Shown: in pieces, positions 39,781-49,183 of the stretch | How positions within the stretch are numbered: position 1 is the first letter of the stretch | Layout of the letters: each line of letters begins with the position of its first letter | IMG/VR virus record: IMGVR_UViG_3300036851_000497 | Span: 2,558 to 66,557 of that record | DNA: 64,000 bases | DNA from: a virus | Reading direction: 5' to 3' (one strand) | The notes under the pieces: model-generated | What the model saw: the letters and a program-made list of their open reading frames with translations, nothing else | The model's database searches: none | What the model was told of the DNA's origin: nothing | Position numbers and translations under genes: made by a program

Positions 39781-40139
39781 TTCTCCTCCCTCGCCTGATC
39801 TACCGCCGCGTCGCGGATGGCTTGAAATTCTTGGAATTGGGACGTGTCAATGTCAAATGCCAGTTTCATGAATCTCGCCGCGCCGAAGTTAGCGATCTTA
39901 AGAGAGACACCAGCATCGTAAGCTGCCATCGCTATATTGCAGTGCCAGCTCCATGCATAATGTGGGTCGGCTTTCATTGCCGTCTTCAATATCGTAATAG
40001 CTTCGGCTGGCGTGCGCATCGCGGCCTCGGCTTCGGCGTACAGTTCACGCATGAGTTTATTCATCCCCTCATCGTCATCGACTTTCACGCTGTCAACAGC
40101 GATAAAAAATTTAAGCAAGCGTTCATTTGTCAGCGGCAT
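39777..40139 (-). CDS. MPLTxER-family protein 3
   Basis: Shared N-terminus; YAWSWHCNIAMA domain. Confidence 0.65.
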   Translation of the reverse strand: MPLTNERLLKFFIAVDSVKVDDDEGMNKLMRELYAEAEAAMRTPAEAITILKTAMKADPHYAWSWHCNIAMAAYDAGVSLKIANFGAARFMKLAFDIDTSQFQEFQAIRDAAVDQAREEK

Positions 40140-40372
40140 TCTTCATCCTTCATCGCGCGGATGGCCAGCGCGCAGTGACGTGTGGCTTTCACGTATATTT
40201 CTGGTGAATACGTCGCGTGTGGGACAGGATGATCCTCGCACACCTTCGCGCACCGCTCCCGCATCGCGGCCTCGGCTTCGGCTATGGCGAGCTTGAGAAC
40301 TTCTGGTATTGCCGCATTATCGTCCCAGCACGACGATTGCAACTCTTTAATCCGTTCATCTGTCAGCGGCAT
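40130..40372 (-). CDS. MPLTxER-family protein 2
   Basis: MPLTDERI...RERCAKVCE...CALAIRA. Confidence 0.6.
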   Translation of the reverse strand: MPLTDERIKELQSSCWDDNAAIPEVLKLAIAEAEAAMRERCAKVCEDHPVPHATYSPEIYVKATRHCALAIRAMKDEECR

Positions 40373-40559
40373 TCTTTTCTCCCTCCATCTCGCGGATGAG
40401 TTTGGCGCAAAAACTAGCTGGTTCGTATTGATCACATATCTTCGCGCACTGTTCCTCGGCTTCAGCGACGGCAATTCGGATAGCTCGGCTTAATGTATTT
40501 GCCATGCCCAGATCATGGGAATACACCAATTCTGCAATGCGTTCATCTGTCAGCGGCAT
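40356..40559 (-). CDS. MPLTxER-family protein 1
   Basis: MPLTDERI...CAKICD...CAKLIRE. Confidence 0.6.
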   Translation of the reverse strand: MPLTDERIAELVYSHDLGMANTLSRAIRIAVAEAEEQCAKICDQYEPASFCAKLIREMEGEKNAADR

Positions 40560-40773
40560 TGCGTCTCCCTTCTTCCGGGCCGTCATCCGCAGCCTTGGAG
40601 CTGTTTATTAGCGCACGATCAAGACTGTCTCGTGCAAACACTATGTATTCGCGGCTTAACTGTTTGCTAGAAAGCGCATCTACAAACCTAGCGAATAGGT
40701 CTGGATCGCTTAAGGCTCCGGCCACAATTCCAGTGGCGAATACGAGTTGTTTGTATCGTTCTTCATTATCCAT
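40543..40773 (-). CDS. hypothetical protein
   Basis: First ORF downstream of the tandem RNA units. Confidence 0.5.
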   Translation of the reverse strand: MDNEERYKQLVFATGIVAGALSDPDLFARFVDALSSKQLSREYIVFARDSLDRALINSSKAADDGPEEGRRNAADR

Positions 40774-40789
40774 ATGTCTCAGTCCTTTT

Positions 40790-40988
40790 TAAGCCTCCAG
40801 CTTGGTGCTGGCCGTCTCACCGATAACCTTTATCGTTATCTGCCCGAACCAAGGCACCAAGCCTTTAGCAACTCAAAATGGAAGATTAAGCCTCCAGCTT
40901 GGTGCTTTAACATCCCGTGTTGCTGAGCCGGATGCCTCTGACTATCGGGTTCTCACCAGTCCTAGTTGTCAGCACCAAGCCTTTGGCA
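40790..40988 (-). ncRNA. tandem pair of structured RNA units
   Basis: Two copies of TGCYAAAGGCTTGGTGC-variable-GCACCAAGCTGGAGGCTTAA; strand inferred from downstream genes. Confidence 0.5.
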
Positions 40989-41157
40989 CAAATTACCTGG
41001 GCGCTTTCGCTCTTTGGCGCGGGCCTTGTACCGCCTTGTTCTGCTCCTCGATTTGCCTAAGTGCCCTTCCGAAACCCGCGCCAATTCTAGCGCCAAAATT
41101 GAGCCAGAACTTAGGCGCTGATACACTACTGCCTTGTTTCGGGCGAACTGCGCCCCG

Positions 41158-41204
41158 GCATGGGGTGCAGGTGGTCGCTGGTTCGAATCCAGTCGCCCCG
41201 ACCA
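41158..41204 (+). other. attP core: 3' half of tRNA-Pro(GGG)
   Basis: GCATGGGGTGCAGGTGGTCGCTGGTTCGAATCCAGTCGCCCCGACCA without a 5' half; GCCTAAG arm-like repeats at 41055, 41110 (inverted), 41254, 41267; near integrase. Confidence 0.88.
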
Positions 41205-41215
41205 AAACAAATCAA

Positions 41216-41698
41216 CTAGTTGTGGCATTGGTCGCTATCTCCGATTTCTTCCTGCCTAAGCACATTGCCTAAGCGCGACCTTTTCCACTTTCCCCCCTTG
41301 AAACAATTCAATGCATGGATATCCAGCCTGATGGCATCTGCTATCGCCTTGGCTTTGTCATTCCATATTCGCAATGTTCCGTACTCAGGAAGATTCAGCC
41401 ATACCCGCTCCAGCTGCAAAATTTTATATGCCTGTCGCTTTTTCAAAAGTAGGTATGGAACTACGGCATGAGTGAATGCGTAACAATCCGTCACTGCGAG
41501 CACCAATGTTAAGCAGCGATTAGTGCGATGCTTTTGGAGGGAGCCGCCATACTTTTCTTGGGCCAAAAACAAGACCTCAAAGGAGCCTAGACCTAAGCGT
41601 ATTTCCGCCCTTGGATAGAAATGTTTCTCTCGTACTTTATTGATGACGTAATGGCCTTCGCCATCGAATAGGCCGGCGAAATATTCGTCAGATCTCAT
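41216..41698 (-). CDS. free-standing LAGLIDADG endonuclease (single motif)
   Basis: EYFAGLFDGEGHY; YGGSL; VVPYLLLKKRQA. Confidence 0.82.
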   Translation of the reverse strand: MRSDEYFAGLFDGEGHYVINKVREKHFYPRAEIRLGLGSFEVLFLAQEKYGGSLQKHRTNRCLTLVLAVTDCYAFTHAVVPYLLLKKRQAYKILQLERVWLNLPEYGTLRIWNDKAKAIADAIRLDIHALNCFKGGKWKRSRLGNVLRQEEIGDSDQCHN

Positions 41699-41873
41699 TT
41701 TGCCTACGTTTTCGCTCAAAACGCATTTGCACTTCACGTCCTTGCCAAGATTTCATGCGGTCTCCGCGCAACGCCTTTGTTGTGCAGCGCAGACAAATAC
41801 CGCTCGGCACAACACCGCTCATGCCACATTCAGCGCACCTTTTCCCCATATCAATCGTGACATCTGCTTTCAT
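41688..41873 (-). CDS. small Zn-finger protein
   Basis: CAECG...CLRC. Confidence 0.5.
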   Translation of the reverse strand: MKADVTIDMGKRCAECGMSGVVPSGICLRCTTKALRGDRMKSWQGREVQMRFERKRRQNEI

Positions 41874-42922
41874 GCAAATTTCCCCCTCTCCGGCTCCGGC
41901 AAGCGAGCGTCGCTCAACACTTCCCGATACTGATCCAAATATCCTTCAGTCGTCGCTATATTCCGGTGCGCCGCCGCTTTCTTGATCTCTTCCCTGCTGT
42001 ACCCGAGCCGATCCATCTGCGCGAGCGAGTAGGCGCGAATGTCGCGCGTGGTGACGCCTTCCGCTGCAGCTTTTGCTCTGGCTCGCTTCCACATCGAATT
42101 CAAGCCTGACTTCGTGAACGCGGTTCCGCCGGCCGTTTGAATGATGAAAGCGTTCCCGCCAGGAAGCGCCTTCACCTTGGCGAATGATCGCGCGCGCTCC
42201 AGCGTTTGCTGGATTTCTGCGGTAATCAGCACCGACACATCGGCACCGCTTGAATCTTCAGTCTTGGTCGGCGTGAAATGAATCCGCCCCTCGCTAATCT
42301 GCGACTCGCGCAATAGCCTGATCTCGGTCGGCCGCTGGCGCGTGAGGTAGGTTAGGCGCAGAAAGCACTGGCCGATTGGCGGCAGCGCATCGTAGAGCGC
42401 CCAATAGATTTTTGCAGTGAAACGACCTTTGCGTTTCTTCGGCGCCTTGAGCCGGATTTCCGCGCAGGGATTGACTTTGATCCAATCGTTGCGGTAGACG
42501 ACGCACCAAGAAAAGAAAGTGGAAAGCCGCGCTTTATAGCTGCGCCGCGCGGTTGGCACTTCGGCAAAGTTCGAGAGGAAATCCAGCACGTCTTTCGGAG
42601 TGACCTCGCCGACGTCGAACTCGATGAAGGATTGCTCGATGGTCTCAAACATCCGCTCATACTCGCGGCGGACATCATAGGACTTGAGCTCGGGGAGCTT
42701 GGCCTTGAGAAAGGCGGCGATGCACTTTCCCATGTTGCCGCCGACTTTGGCATCTTCGCCGAGAAAGGCAGCGAGCGCATCGAGGAGCGCCTGTTCGCCG
42801 TCCTCAACCTTCGTGAGCGGATTCCACTTCTGCTTCGGTCGCCCCGTCTTCGGATTGCGCTCGGCGAGATCTTGGATGTAATAGTGGCGATTGTGTGATT
42901 GGACAACGCGAGTGATCTTCAT
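41870..42922 (-). CDS. int: tyrosine integrase
   Basis: TRQRPTEI (R), TTRDIRA (HxxR variant), AAHRNIATTEGY (H, Y). Confidence 0.9.
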   Translation of the reverse strand: MKITRVVQSHNRHYYIQDLAERNPKTGRPKQKWNPLTKVEDGEQALLDALAAFLGEDAKVGGNMGKCIAAFLKAKLPELKSYDVRREYERMFETIEQSFIEFDVGEVTPKDVLDFLSNFAEVPTARRSYKARLSTFFSWCVVYRNDWIKVNPCAEIRLKAPKKRKGRFTAKIYWALYDALPPIGQCFLRLTYLTRQRPTEIRLLRESQISEGRIHFTPTKTEDSSGADVSVLITAEIQQTLERARSFAKVKALPGGNAFIIQTAGGTAFTKSGLNSMWKRARAKAAAEGVTTRDIRAYSLAQMDRLGYSREEIKKAAAHRNIATTEGYLDQYREVLSDARLPEPERGKFA

Positions 42923-43062
42923 GGTCTGCCTCTATTTTCTTCGACGGACGGATTTACACCGATAGAAAAAGAACGGAATGCCGTAATATGATCTCGACCA
43001 AGCGGTGCATGAGTACCAATAATCACCATTCGCGCAGACAGAGATAGAAAACTCAATTGTGT

Positions 43063-43251
43063 TCATGCCATGCGCCGTAGTTCAAAACAGTCATAGTCAG
43101 AATTGGCCTCAATTAACTGCGCGATACATGGACCGCAAAGCAGACCAGCGTCCTCACTTTTCCCGGGCGGCTTTATTCGTTCCCATAGTTCATTCGGCAC
43201 GATGATGTCCACCTTGAAATAACTCCCGCATGCTTGGCATTTGCAGCTCAT
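43063..43251 (-). CDS. small Zn-binding protein
   Basis: CQACG...LLCGPC. Confidence 0.55.
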   Translation of the reverse strand: MSCKCQACGSYFKVDIIVPNELWERIKPPGKSEDAGLLCGPCIAQLIEANSDYDCFELRRMA

Positions 43252-43496
43252 GTCGTCCTCCCCGGAATGGGATGCACCCTCGGACCACTATTGTCTCCCC
43301 GGCTTCGGCTCGGCTCAACCGCGCCGGCGCAGACTGCCTCGTAGTGGGCGCGCTCAAGAATGACGCCGCCTTTCCGCGAAAGACGGGCGCGCCAGAAACC
43401 GCGGTCGCGCAGCTCTTCAAGTTGCTTGCTGGACTGAGACCAGCCAGTGAGCTCGATCAGTTCGTCTTCGTCAAGACGGATTGACTTGGTACTCAC
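43248..43496 (-). CDS. DUF4224-like excisionase candidate
   Basis: LDEDELIELTGWSQSSKQLEELRDRG; upstream of int. Confidence 0.75.
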   Translation of the reverse strand: MSTKSIRLDEDELIELTGWSQSSKQLEELRDRGFWRARLSRKGGVILERAHYEAVCAGAVEPSRSRGDNSGPRVHPIPGRTT

Positions 43497-43768
43497 TGGC
43501 TCAACTCCTCCATCTGGCGTTCGAGCTCGGTGACTCGCCGCTCCAGCACATCGACCTTAGCGTGGAGCACGATGACGTTGCGATTCCGGTTATTCCAAGC
43601 GTTTCGGCAGGGAATGCCGCAAAACCTTTGCCACGCAGTTTTCGGGGTAAAGGCTACGTCACACCATGCGCATGGCTTTCCATCGCGTTGTGGCTGCGTT
43701 AAATGCATTTGCGAGCCTATTTCCGTAGAATTTGTCGGCCAGTTCACGCAGCGATAGGTTCTAGCCAT
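43493..43768 (-). CDS. Zn-binding coiled-coil protein
   Basis: CAWC..F......QRFCGIPCR. Confidence 0.55.
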   Translation of the reverse strand: MARTYRCVNWPTNSTEIGSQMHLTQPQRDGKPCAWCDVAFTPKTAWQRFCGIPCRNAWNNRNRNVIVLHAKVDVLERRVTELERQMEELSQ

Positions 43769-43777
43769 GTTCCTTAT

Positions 43778-43963
43778 TCAAGCGAAGTGGCGCGACCAAA
43801 TCTCATCTATCTTTTCGACCTGCTTCGGCGACAGATAAGTGGTGTCCATGCCGCCGAGTGTTCCACCGTCGAGCTTGCGAATGAATTCATGTTCCCACTC
43901 GTTGATGTCCTTGGTCCCGAGCAGGCCGGTCAACTGCCGTATTTTCTGTCCGATTGATTTCAT
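43778..43963 (-). CDS. small protein, paralogue B
   Basis: KIRQL...RHF shared with upstream gene. Confidence 0.65.
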   Translation of the reverse strand: MKSIGQKIRQLTGLLGTKDINEWEHEFIRKLDGGTLGGMDTTYLSPKQVEKIDEIWSRHFA

Positions 43964-44148
43964 GAGAAGTGCCGCTCATGAATCTGCTGCAGGTGCTCGA
44001 TATCGGCCAGCGTCAGCCTCCGCAGGTCCATTTCGACTCCGGCAGTGCGCGCGACGATGCTCATGACGAAATCGGATTCGCGGTCATCGAGCTCGGCCGT
44101 ATCAACGAGAATCTCAAGCTGCCGGATTTTGGTGGCGAGGGTAGTCAT
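43960..44148 (-). CDS. small protein, paralogue A
   Basis: KIRQL...RHF. Confidence 0.65.
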   Translation of the reverse strand: MTTLATKIRQLEILVDTAELDDRESDFVMSIVARTAGVEMDLRRLTLADIEHLQQIHERHFS

Positions 44149-44408
44149 CCTTCACCAGCTCGCTCATGTTCAGGTGCCCGTTCTTCGCCGGACCACTCTG
44201 GTTTTATTCCTGTTACATCTTTGACAATGTGCCCTACCGCGTCTTTCATTAGTTGTTTCCAGCGATCATACAAATCAGGCGATTGATCACAAATGCGGAC
44301 GCGTATCATGCCGAGCGGCAGCGCGTCTTTCATCGTGTCCGGCAGGGCATAGTACGCATTCACCCATTGTCCTTCTTTGCGGATGGCAAGGCGTCCAGTT
44401 TGGATCAT
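44145..44408 (-). CDS. hypothetical protein
   Basis: MIQTGRLAIRKEG...APEHERAG. Confidence 0.6.
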   Translation of the reverse strand: MIQTGRLAIRKEGQWVNAYYALPDTMKDALPLGMIRVRICDQSPDLYDRWKQLMKDAVGHIVKDVTGIKPEWSGEERAPEHERAGEG

Positions 44409-44872
44409 GGTCCTTCCCCCGGCGGCGTCACCGAAACCTCGCACTCGCGAGCAATTAAGAAACACAATTGCCCCAGCCCGCGCTCATCGGGATGCGCCTG
44501 AATCTGCAGATGCACGCCGCACGTACCGCCTTGCTTAGGCTCGACGCTGAACTTATGCACCTTGCAATCGGCGAGCGTCACATCAACTGAACCCGCAAGG
44601 TCGCCCCATTTGACCTGGGCCTTGTAGCCCAGGCATTCGGTCTTGATGCGCAGACGACCGAGCACGCCATCGAAGCGGAGCTCTGGTTCCTCTTCCTGCT
44701 TCGCCTTCACATAGAGCGCTGCGCGCAGTCCGCTTGCGAATTGGTCGAGGACGGATGCGGGCATCTCAAGGTCAAGATCAATGTCGCAGGCGACAACCGG
44801 CGTCTCGCCGTGTTTTTCCGCCCTGGGATTGACCGATACCACGCGGGCGGTTTCTTGATTAAGGCTGAACAT
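44405..44872 (-). CDS. hypothetical phage protein
   Basis: VNPRAEKHGE motif; coupled ORF. Confidence 0.65.
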   Translation of the reverse strand: MFSLNQETARVVSVNPRAEKHGETPVVACDIDLDLEMPASVLDQFASGLRAALYVKAKQEEEPELRFDGVLGRLRIKTECLGYKAQVKWGDLAGSVDVTLADCKVHKFSVEPKQGGTCGVHLQIQAHPDERGLGQLCFLIARECEVSVTPPGEGP

Positions 44873-45251
44873 TGACGCTCTCCACTTTGACTCCAGCGTT
44901 CAGGAGCTCAATGAGCTCATCCTGGGTCGGAACCTTGCAGGTGAACATTCCGCGCTCGACGAACTTGATGGCCTGCGCTTGACTGCTCGCGCGCACCAAT
45001 CGGTACTCGACAGGACTCGTTTTAATTCCAACGCGATAAATTCTCAGTGCCATATGTGGTCTCCAATGTGTGATGTCTTCAAAATGTTCCAGCATTGAGC
45101 AGCCTCGATCACCGAACAAGCCGTAACCGTGATACAGAGTGACCTGTTCACTTCCGTCTTTTCTACGTACCGCAACCTTCCGCCCTGTGTGAAAGCCGTG
45201 GATTCGGAAATTCGGCAGTCCATCTTTTTGGGCGTCAATCCACTTGATCAT
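44859..45251 (-). CDS. hypothetical protein, probable two-domain fusion
   Basis: ITHWRP then RLVRASSQAQA. Confidence 0.55.
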   Translation of the reverse strand: MIKWIDAQKDGLPNFRIHGFHTGRKVAVRRKDGSEQVTLYHGYGLFGDRGCSMLEHFEDITHWRPHMALRIYRVGIKTSPVEYRLVRASSQAQAIKFVERGMFTCKVPTQDELIELLNAGVKVESVNVQP

Positions 45252-46252
45252 TTGCTTTCGATTAATTCGGCGCGGCGGGATTTGAAGCGTTCTCTCGCTT
45301 TCACGCGCTCTTCCTCGTTATCAAGCGCTTCGATGAGCCCGCCATCTGTATCGAGCACGTCGATGTCAATCGTTTTCTCGAAGCGCTCAAGCAACCATGC
45401 CAGTAACACTTTCGGAGCTTCGTTCTTTGGCTCTACACCGGCGTCCTTTGCCTTGCGCAAGCGTTGCTTGACGGCTTCAGTTTGCGAACTCGGTTGTTCC
45501 GCAGATGATTTCGGTGGAAACGCCTGCTCGACTGTGGTTTCGCCTTCCCTGATCGCAGTCAAAAGTCCGCGCAAAATGACTAGATGCTCCAGCGTGATGT
45601 CCTCGCGTCCAGTCACATTCAGCGTTTCAAAAATTCGTTCTTCAGAAACGCCAAAACCTTGGAATGCCTTCATCGCATCTGCGCGGCGGTTCTCGAGCGT
45701 CTTGAAATCGCCCATCACGGTTTTACGCGCGGCGGCGTAGACGTCATTCCAGAATGCCTTGGGAATTCCTTTCATGATGGCATTGCGTAACGCGATCGAG
45801 CATGCCGCATTGGCGGTAACGCTGATCATGTCGGCTTTATAGCGTCGCCCATGCTTATCCGTGATCCGGCGCCTGATTTCGTATCCAATTTTGACGTTTC
45901 TCTGCATGTCCCAAAAAATCCCTTGTGCAGTGACGAATTGTTCGCCTTCATCAACGATGCGCGCAGCGGCATAGCAATTGCCCCAAGCCGATGCCAACAC
46001 TTCGGCGAGCCGTGCGCTCGGTCCTTCGATGACCTTGTTATCACGCGGCAGCGCATAGAAACATTCCTCGGCGATGGTTTCGTTGAGTGAGACCATGGCC
46101 AGTGCTTCGTCGCGGAATTGCTTGATGGATCGCGGATAGCGCTTGGCGGTAGTGACCTGCATATTGATCTCGCTGGCATTTAATTGCGCGAGCGTTGAGG
46201 CGTCCATTTCCACGACGGGTAAATCGCGTTCAAATGTTTCTGGCTGGTTCAT
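45248..46252 (-). CDS. putative single-strand annealing / recombination partner of YqaJ
   Basis: AKRYPR, YALPR...IEGPSARLAE..WGN; coupled to exonuclease gene. Confidence 0.55.
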   Translation of the reverse strand: MNQPETFERDLPVVEMDASTLAQLNASEINMQVTTAKRYPRSIKQFRDEALAMVSLNETIAEECFYALPRDNKVIEGPSARLAEVLASAWGNCYAAARIVDEGEQFVTAQGIFWDMQRNVKIGYEIRRRITDKHGRRYKADMISVTANAACSIALRNAIMKGIPKAFWNDVYAAARKTVMGDFKTLENRRADAMKAFQGFGVSEERIFETLNVTGREDITLEHLVILRGLLTAIREGETTVEQAFPPKSSAEQPSSQTEAVKQRLRKAKDAGVEPKNEAPKVLLAWLLERFEKTIDIDVLDTDGGLIEALDNEEERVKARERFKSRRAELIESK

Positions 46253-47130
46253 GACTTCAATCCTTTCAGCAAAAAGGTTCTTACTCCGGGCGAGGTTTTA
46301 ATGAATTGGTCGTAAATCTGCGGATGCGCTTCTCTGAAGGCTAATTTATCAAAGCGATGAATTTCACGGCATTGCTTCCAAGTTGCCCATGGCTTTCCTC
46401 GATACACAAGCGTGTCGGCTTCGCCCATGAATCGCTTGATGAAGAGTTCTAATTGTTTTTCTTCTATTTCGCATGTTTTCATCTGCGCACGTAATGAGGC
46501 GAGCTGCTGCACGGCAACCATGACTTCAAAATTGGCCTCGATTTCTATCGCCCTGGATGTGCGATAGCGCAATTGAACATCCTCAAGCGTGACCGGCTCA
46601 GGCGGCTCTTGGCGCTCGACATGCCACCAGAATTCGCGCTCGGATTCGGTGATAAGTTCAATCAATTCGTCATCGCGTTCTATCCGATAAAGTTTGAAAT
46701 CGCGGCCGGCGATGAGTACCGGAACGTAAGCTAGAACGAATCCAGTAACTGCGAATTGATGTTGGATTTGGATGACATACGATTGCGGAATTTGATCCGT
46801 TTGCTCTTCGCCAAAATCATGCGCGGTCGCACTTGTTTTAGCTTCGACGATTGCGCCATTGGCAATACCGTCAATCGTTGCCCAACGCCAAGGGTTTGCT
46901 GGGTCGATAATCTTTTCCTGATGGCGAGTGACCGGCATTCCGGTTTGCTGAGTGAAGGTGTCAAGCACGATTGGCTCAAGCGCCTTGCCGATATGCATGG
47001 CGAGGGTGGTCGGTTGTTGTGGCAATTGGCCGAGTTTTTCGAGGAAGAGTTCAAGTGGTGTTTTCCAAGGCGAAATGCCGAGCGCTGCCGGTGCATCGGA
47101 GGCGCCTAAACCATCGCGGCGGTCAGTCAT
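46249..47130 (-). CDS. YqaJ-like (lambda exonuclease family) nuclease
   Basis: GLGASDA, SPWKTP, GKALEP, ATIDG, VEAKT, YVIQIQHQ. Confidence 0.92.
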   Translation of the reverse strand: MTDRRDGLGASDAPAALGISPWKTPLELFLEKLGQLPQQPTTLAMHIGKALEPIVLDTFTQQTGMPVTRHQEKIIDPANPWRWATIDGIANGAIVEAKTSATAHDFGEEQTDQIPQSYVIQIQHQFAVTGFVLAYVPVLIAGRDFKLYRIERDDELIELITESEREFWWHVERQEPPEPVTLEDVQLRYRTSRAIEIEANFEVMVAVQQLASLRAQMKTCEIEEKQLELFIKRFMGEADTLVYRGKPWATWKQCREIHRFDKLAFREAHPQIYDQFIKTSPGVRTFLLKGLKS

Positions 47131-47473
47131 ACTCCACCAGCGTGGACTCAGACTGCTTAGGCTCCGCGCGCTCGCCGAGAATGAATTCAACATCAATGAC
47201 GGCACCGGGTTCAAGCTCGTCGAAGTTGTCGATGATGTGCCTGTGCGCGACGCGCATGGTGCGATTTGGCCAACTGTAACGGTCGTAATTCAGCGGGCCG
47301 CCAGCGCCGTCCAATTTCGCCAGCAGCACATAGCTCGATTGTTTCTCTGGCGTGCCGCCATACCCTGCGCGCGCAAGCAGATAGCCATCGGCCTCGCATC
47401 CCGGTTCAAGCTTGATGGCAAGCGCGGGAATAAAAGTTGCCGCGTCGCGAATCTCAAAAGTTTTGGTGATCAT
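47123..47473 (-). CDS. hypothetical phage protein
   Basis: EIRDAATFIP...GAVIDVEFILGE. Confidence 0.65.
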   Translation of the reverse strand: MITKTFEIRDAATFIPALAIKLEPGCEADGYLLARAGYGGTPEKQSSYVLLAKLDGAGGPLNYDRYSWPNRTMRVAHRHIIDNFDELEPGAVIDVEFILGERAEPKQSESTLVEYD

Positions 47474-47692
47474 TTGGTTTTCCTCTCTGATGTCGGATCA
47501 ATCGTCTGCTGATGCGACCAATCCATGAATTCCATGAGTGTGGTCCCGCTCGGGAGTTTGCCGGTGTGGTAGATGAAATCAGCCAGCAATTCATCGAAAG
47601 CGCTATGCAACTCTTGGTGCCGCTTCTTGTGTTCTTCGTAAGTCATGCTCATGCGACATAGCGGGTTAAATCGCGCTCGCGGAGTAACTTTC

Positions 47693-49183
47693 TCATAAGA
47701 CATCACGCAATTTTGATTGCTTGAAATCCTGCGGCATTCTGCTGAGATAGTCGCACAGCATCTTGGCAAATCGATCTATCGGCTGGAGTTCTGAGTATCT
47801 GGCTAGCCTGTGATTTGTCCATTGCAGATAAGAACACAACGCCGTGCAAACCATTGCCCATAGCGCAGAAACCTTAAGCGGCTTCGTGATAGCCTCTTTG
47901 ACGTAGTTCAGATCAATATTGAGCTCAATAATAAAAGTGCCGGCTTCCTCTGTTACTCGATGCGCATCTTCTCCCAAGGATCTTGGAATTATCTTAAGCA
48001 GACGAGTAGGCTGATCATTTTCTTTTCTTTGTTTGTCACCATCGCGATCGCCTTCCTGTTTGCTGATTAGTTTGCCGCGTGGTTCCGGGGTTGGCTTGCC
48101 ATATGTCTGATGAGGCGTTGTGATCGGTATGATGTCCATCCCGCCATACTTGCCACCTGCCCGTGTTGTTCTCATAACCTGAGAAAGACGCGCACCTATG
48201 TCATCAAGACATAATTCTAGCTCGAGCTCTTTCTCATAATCGGATAACAATTCCAATAGGTCTTTACACTGTTCGTAGATGGCGTCGAGCAATTCATCCC
48301 TATACAGGGCAACAGCGGTCTTATTTGTCGAAAGACGAGTCTTCCATGTATCCGCTAAATCTACTCGGCCATAAAAACTTATCGGCAGCGCGCGGCGATC
48401 CTTCCAAGGATTGCGGTCGATCTCGATAACGCGGTGACCGAAATTGATAAACAATGCATTGTGGCGACTCTCGTATTTTTCCTTGGCACCAATGAACACG
48501 CCATAGGCGGCTCCTTTGATCTCGCCGCTGAAAGATCGCTTATGTGTCAATATAGGTTCTGGTGGTTCGTCGGTCTCTACCTCGTAAATGACTGGATACT
48601 TTCTTCGCGTATCCGTGATCTTGATGTGCCGCCCCTCACGCAGCGCAGGCGCAAATGTCATTCCGAGCAAGCGACACAACGCGTCCATATGGAGCCGAGA
48701 CCTGCCCGCATGCACTTTCTTGATGGTGATAGTTGTGCCGCTGCGTCGAGTAGTGCGCTTCCCCGAGCCGGCATATTCGGATGGCCATTTTCTAGCCCGC
48801 GACCAGTTAACTGTGTGCTGATGCAGAAAGCCCTTTTTTATGGTCTCAACGCTTATTTCATAGCCGAGCCATAGTGACGCTGCTTTAGCGCCAACACCAT
48901 AAAGACCTATGTCACTTTTAGAAAATTTGGATTCAGATTGCCCAAGTCTAAATAGCGCGTTGACATTTTGAAGGCCGCTGCCGTCATCCTCTATGGTGAT
49001 TTCGTTGGGACCAATCGTGAATGAGATGACAGAAGCTGCCCCCGCATCGGCGGCAAAACTGTTATCCACGAATTCTGCCAATGCCGCGGACCAGCCGAGG
49101 TCTGCATTTACATAGGATCGGATGATATGTAGGTCAGGGATTAACTGTCCCAATGTCTTCGAATGGTGTGTCTTGCGTTTCAT
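47693..49183 (-). CDS. GHKL (MORC/HATPase_c_3-like) ATPase
   Basis: ALAEFVDNS (N box), IEDDGSG (G1), IGLYGVGAK (G2), SGTTITI (G3). Confidence 0.85.
   Translation of the reverse strand: MKRKTHHSKTLGQLIPDLHIIRSYVNADLGWSAALAEFVDNSFAADAGAASVISFTIGPNEITIEDDGSGLQNVNALFRLGQSESKFSKSDIGLYGVGAKAASLWLGYEISVETIKKGFLHQHTVNWSRARKWPSEYAGSGKRTTRRSGTTITIKKVHAGRSRLHMDALCRLLGMTFAPALREGRHIKITDTRRKYPVIYEVETDEPPEPILTHKRSFSGEIKGAAYGVFIGAKEKYESRHNALFINFGHRVIEIDRNPWKDRRALPISFYGRVDLADTWKTRLSTNKTAVALYRDELLDAIYEQCKDLLELLSDYEKELELELCLDDIGARLSQVMRTTRAGGKYGGMDIIPITTPHQTYGKPTPEPRGKLISKQEGDRDGDKQRKENDQPTRLLKIIPRSLGEDAHRVTEEAGTFIIELNIDLNYVKEAITKPLKVSALWAMVCTALCSYLQWTNHRLARYSELQPIDRFAKMLCDYLSRMPQDFKQSKLRDVL

Noticed and set aside
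40790-40988. CRISPR mini-array
   Set aside because: Repeats are inverted pairs closing structured interiors of unequal length; only two units and no cas genes.
41130-41204. Complete tRNA-Pro gene
   Set aside because: The 5' acceptor strand and D arm are absent; it is better explained as the attP core.
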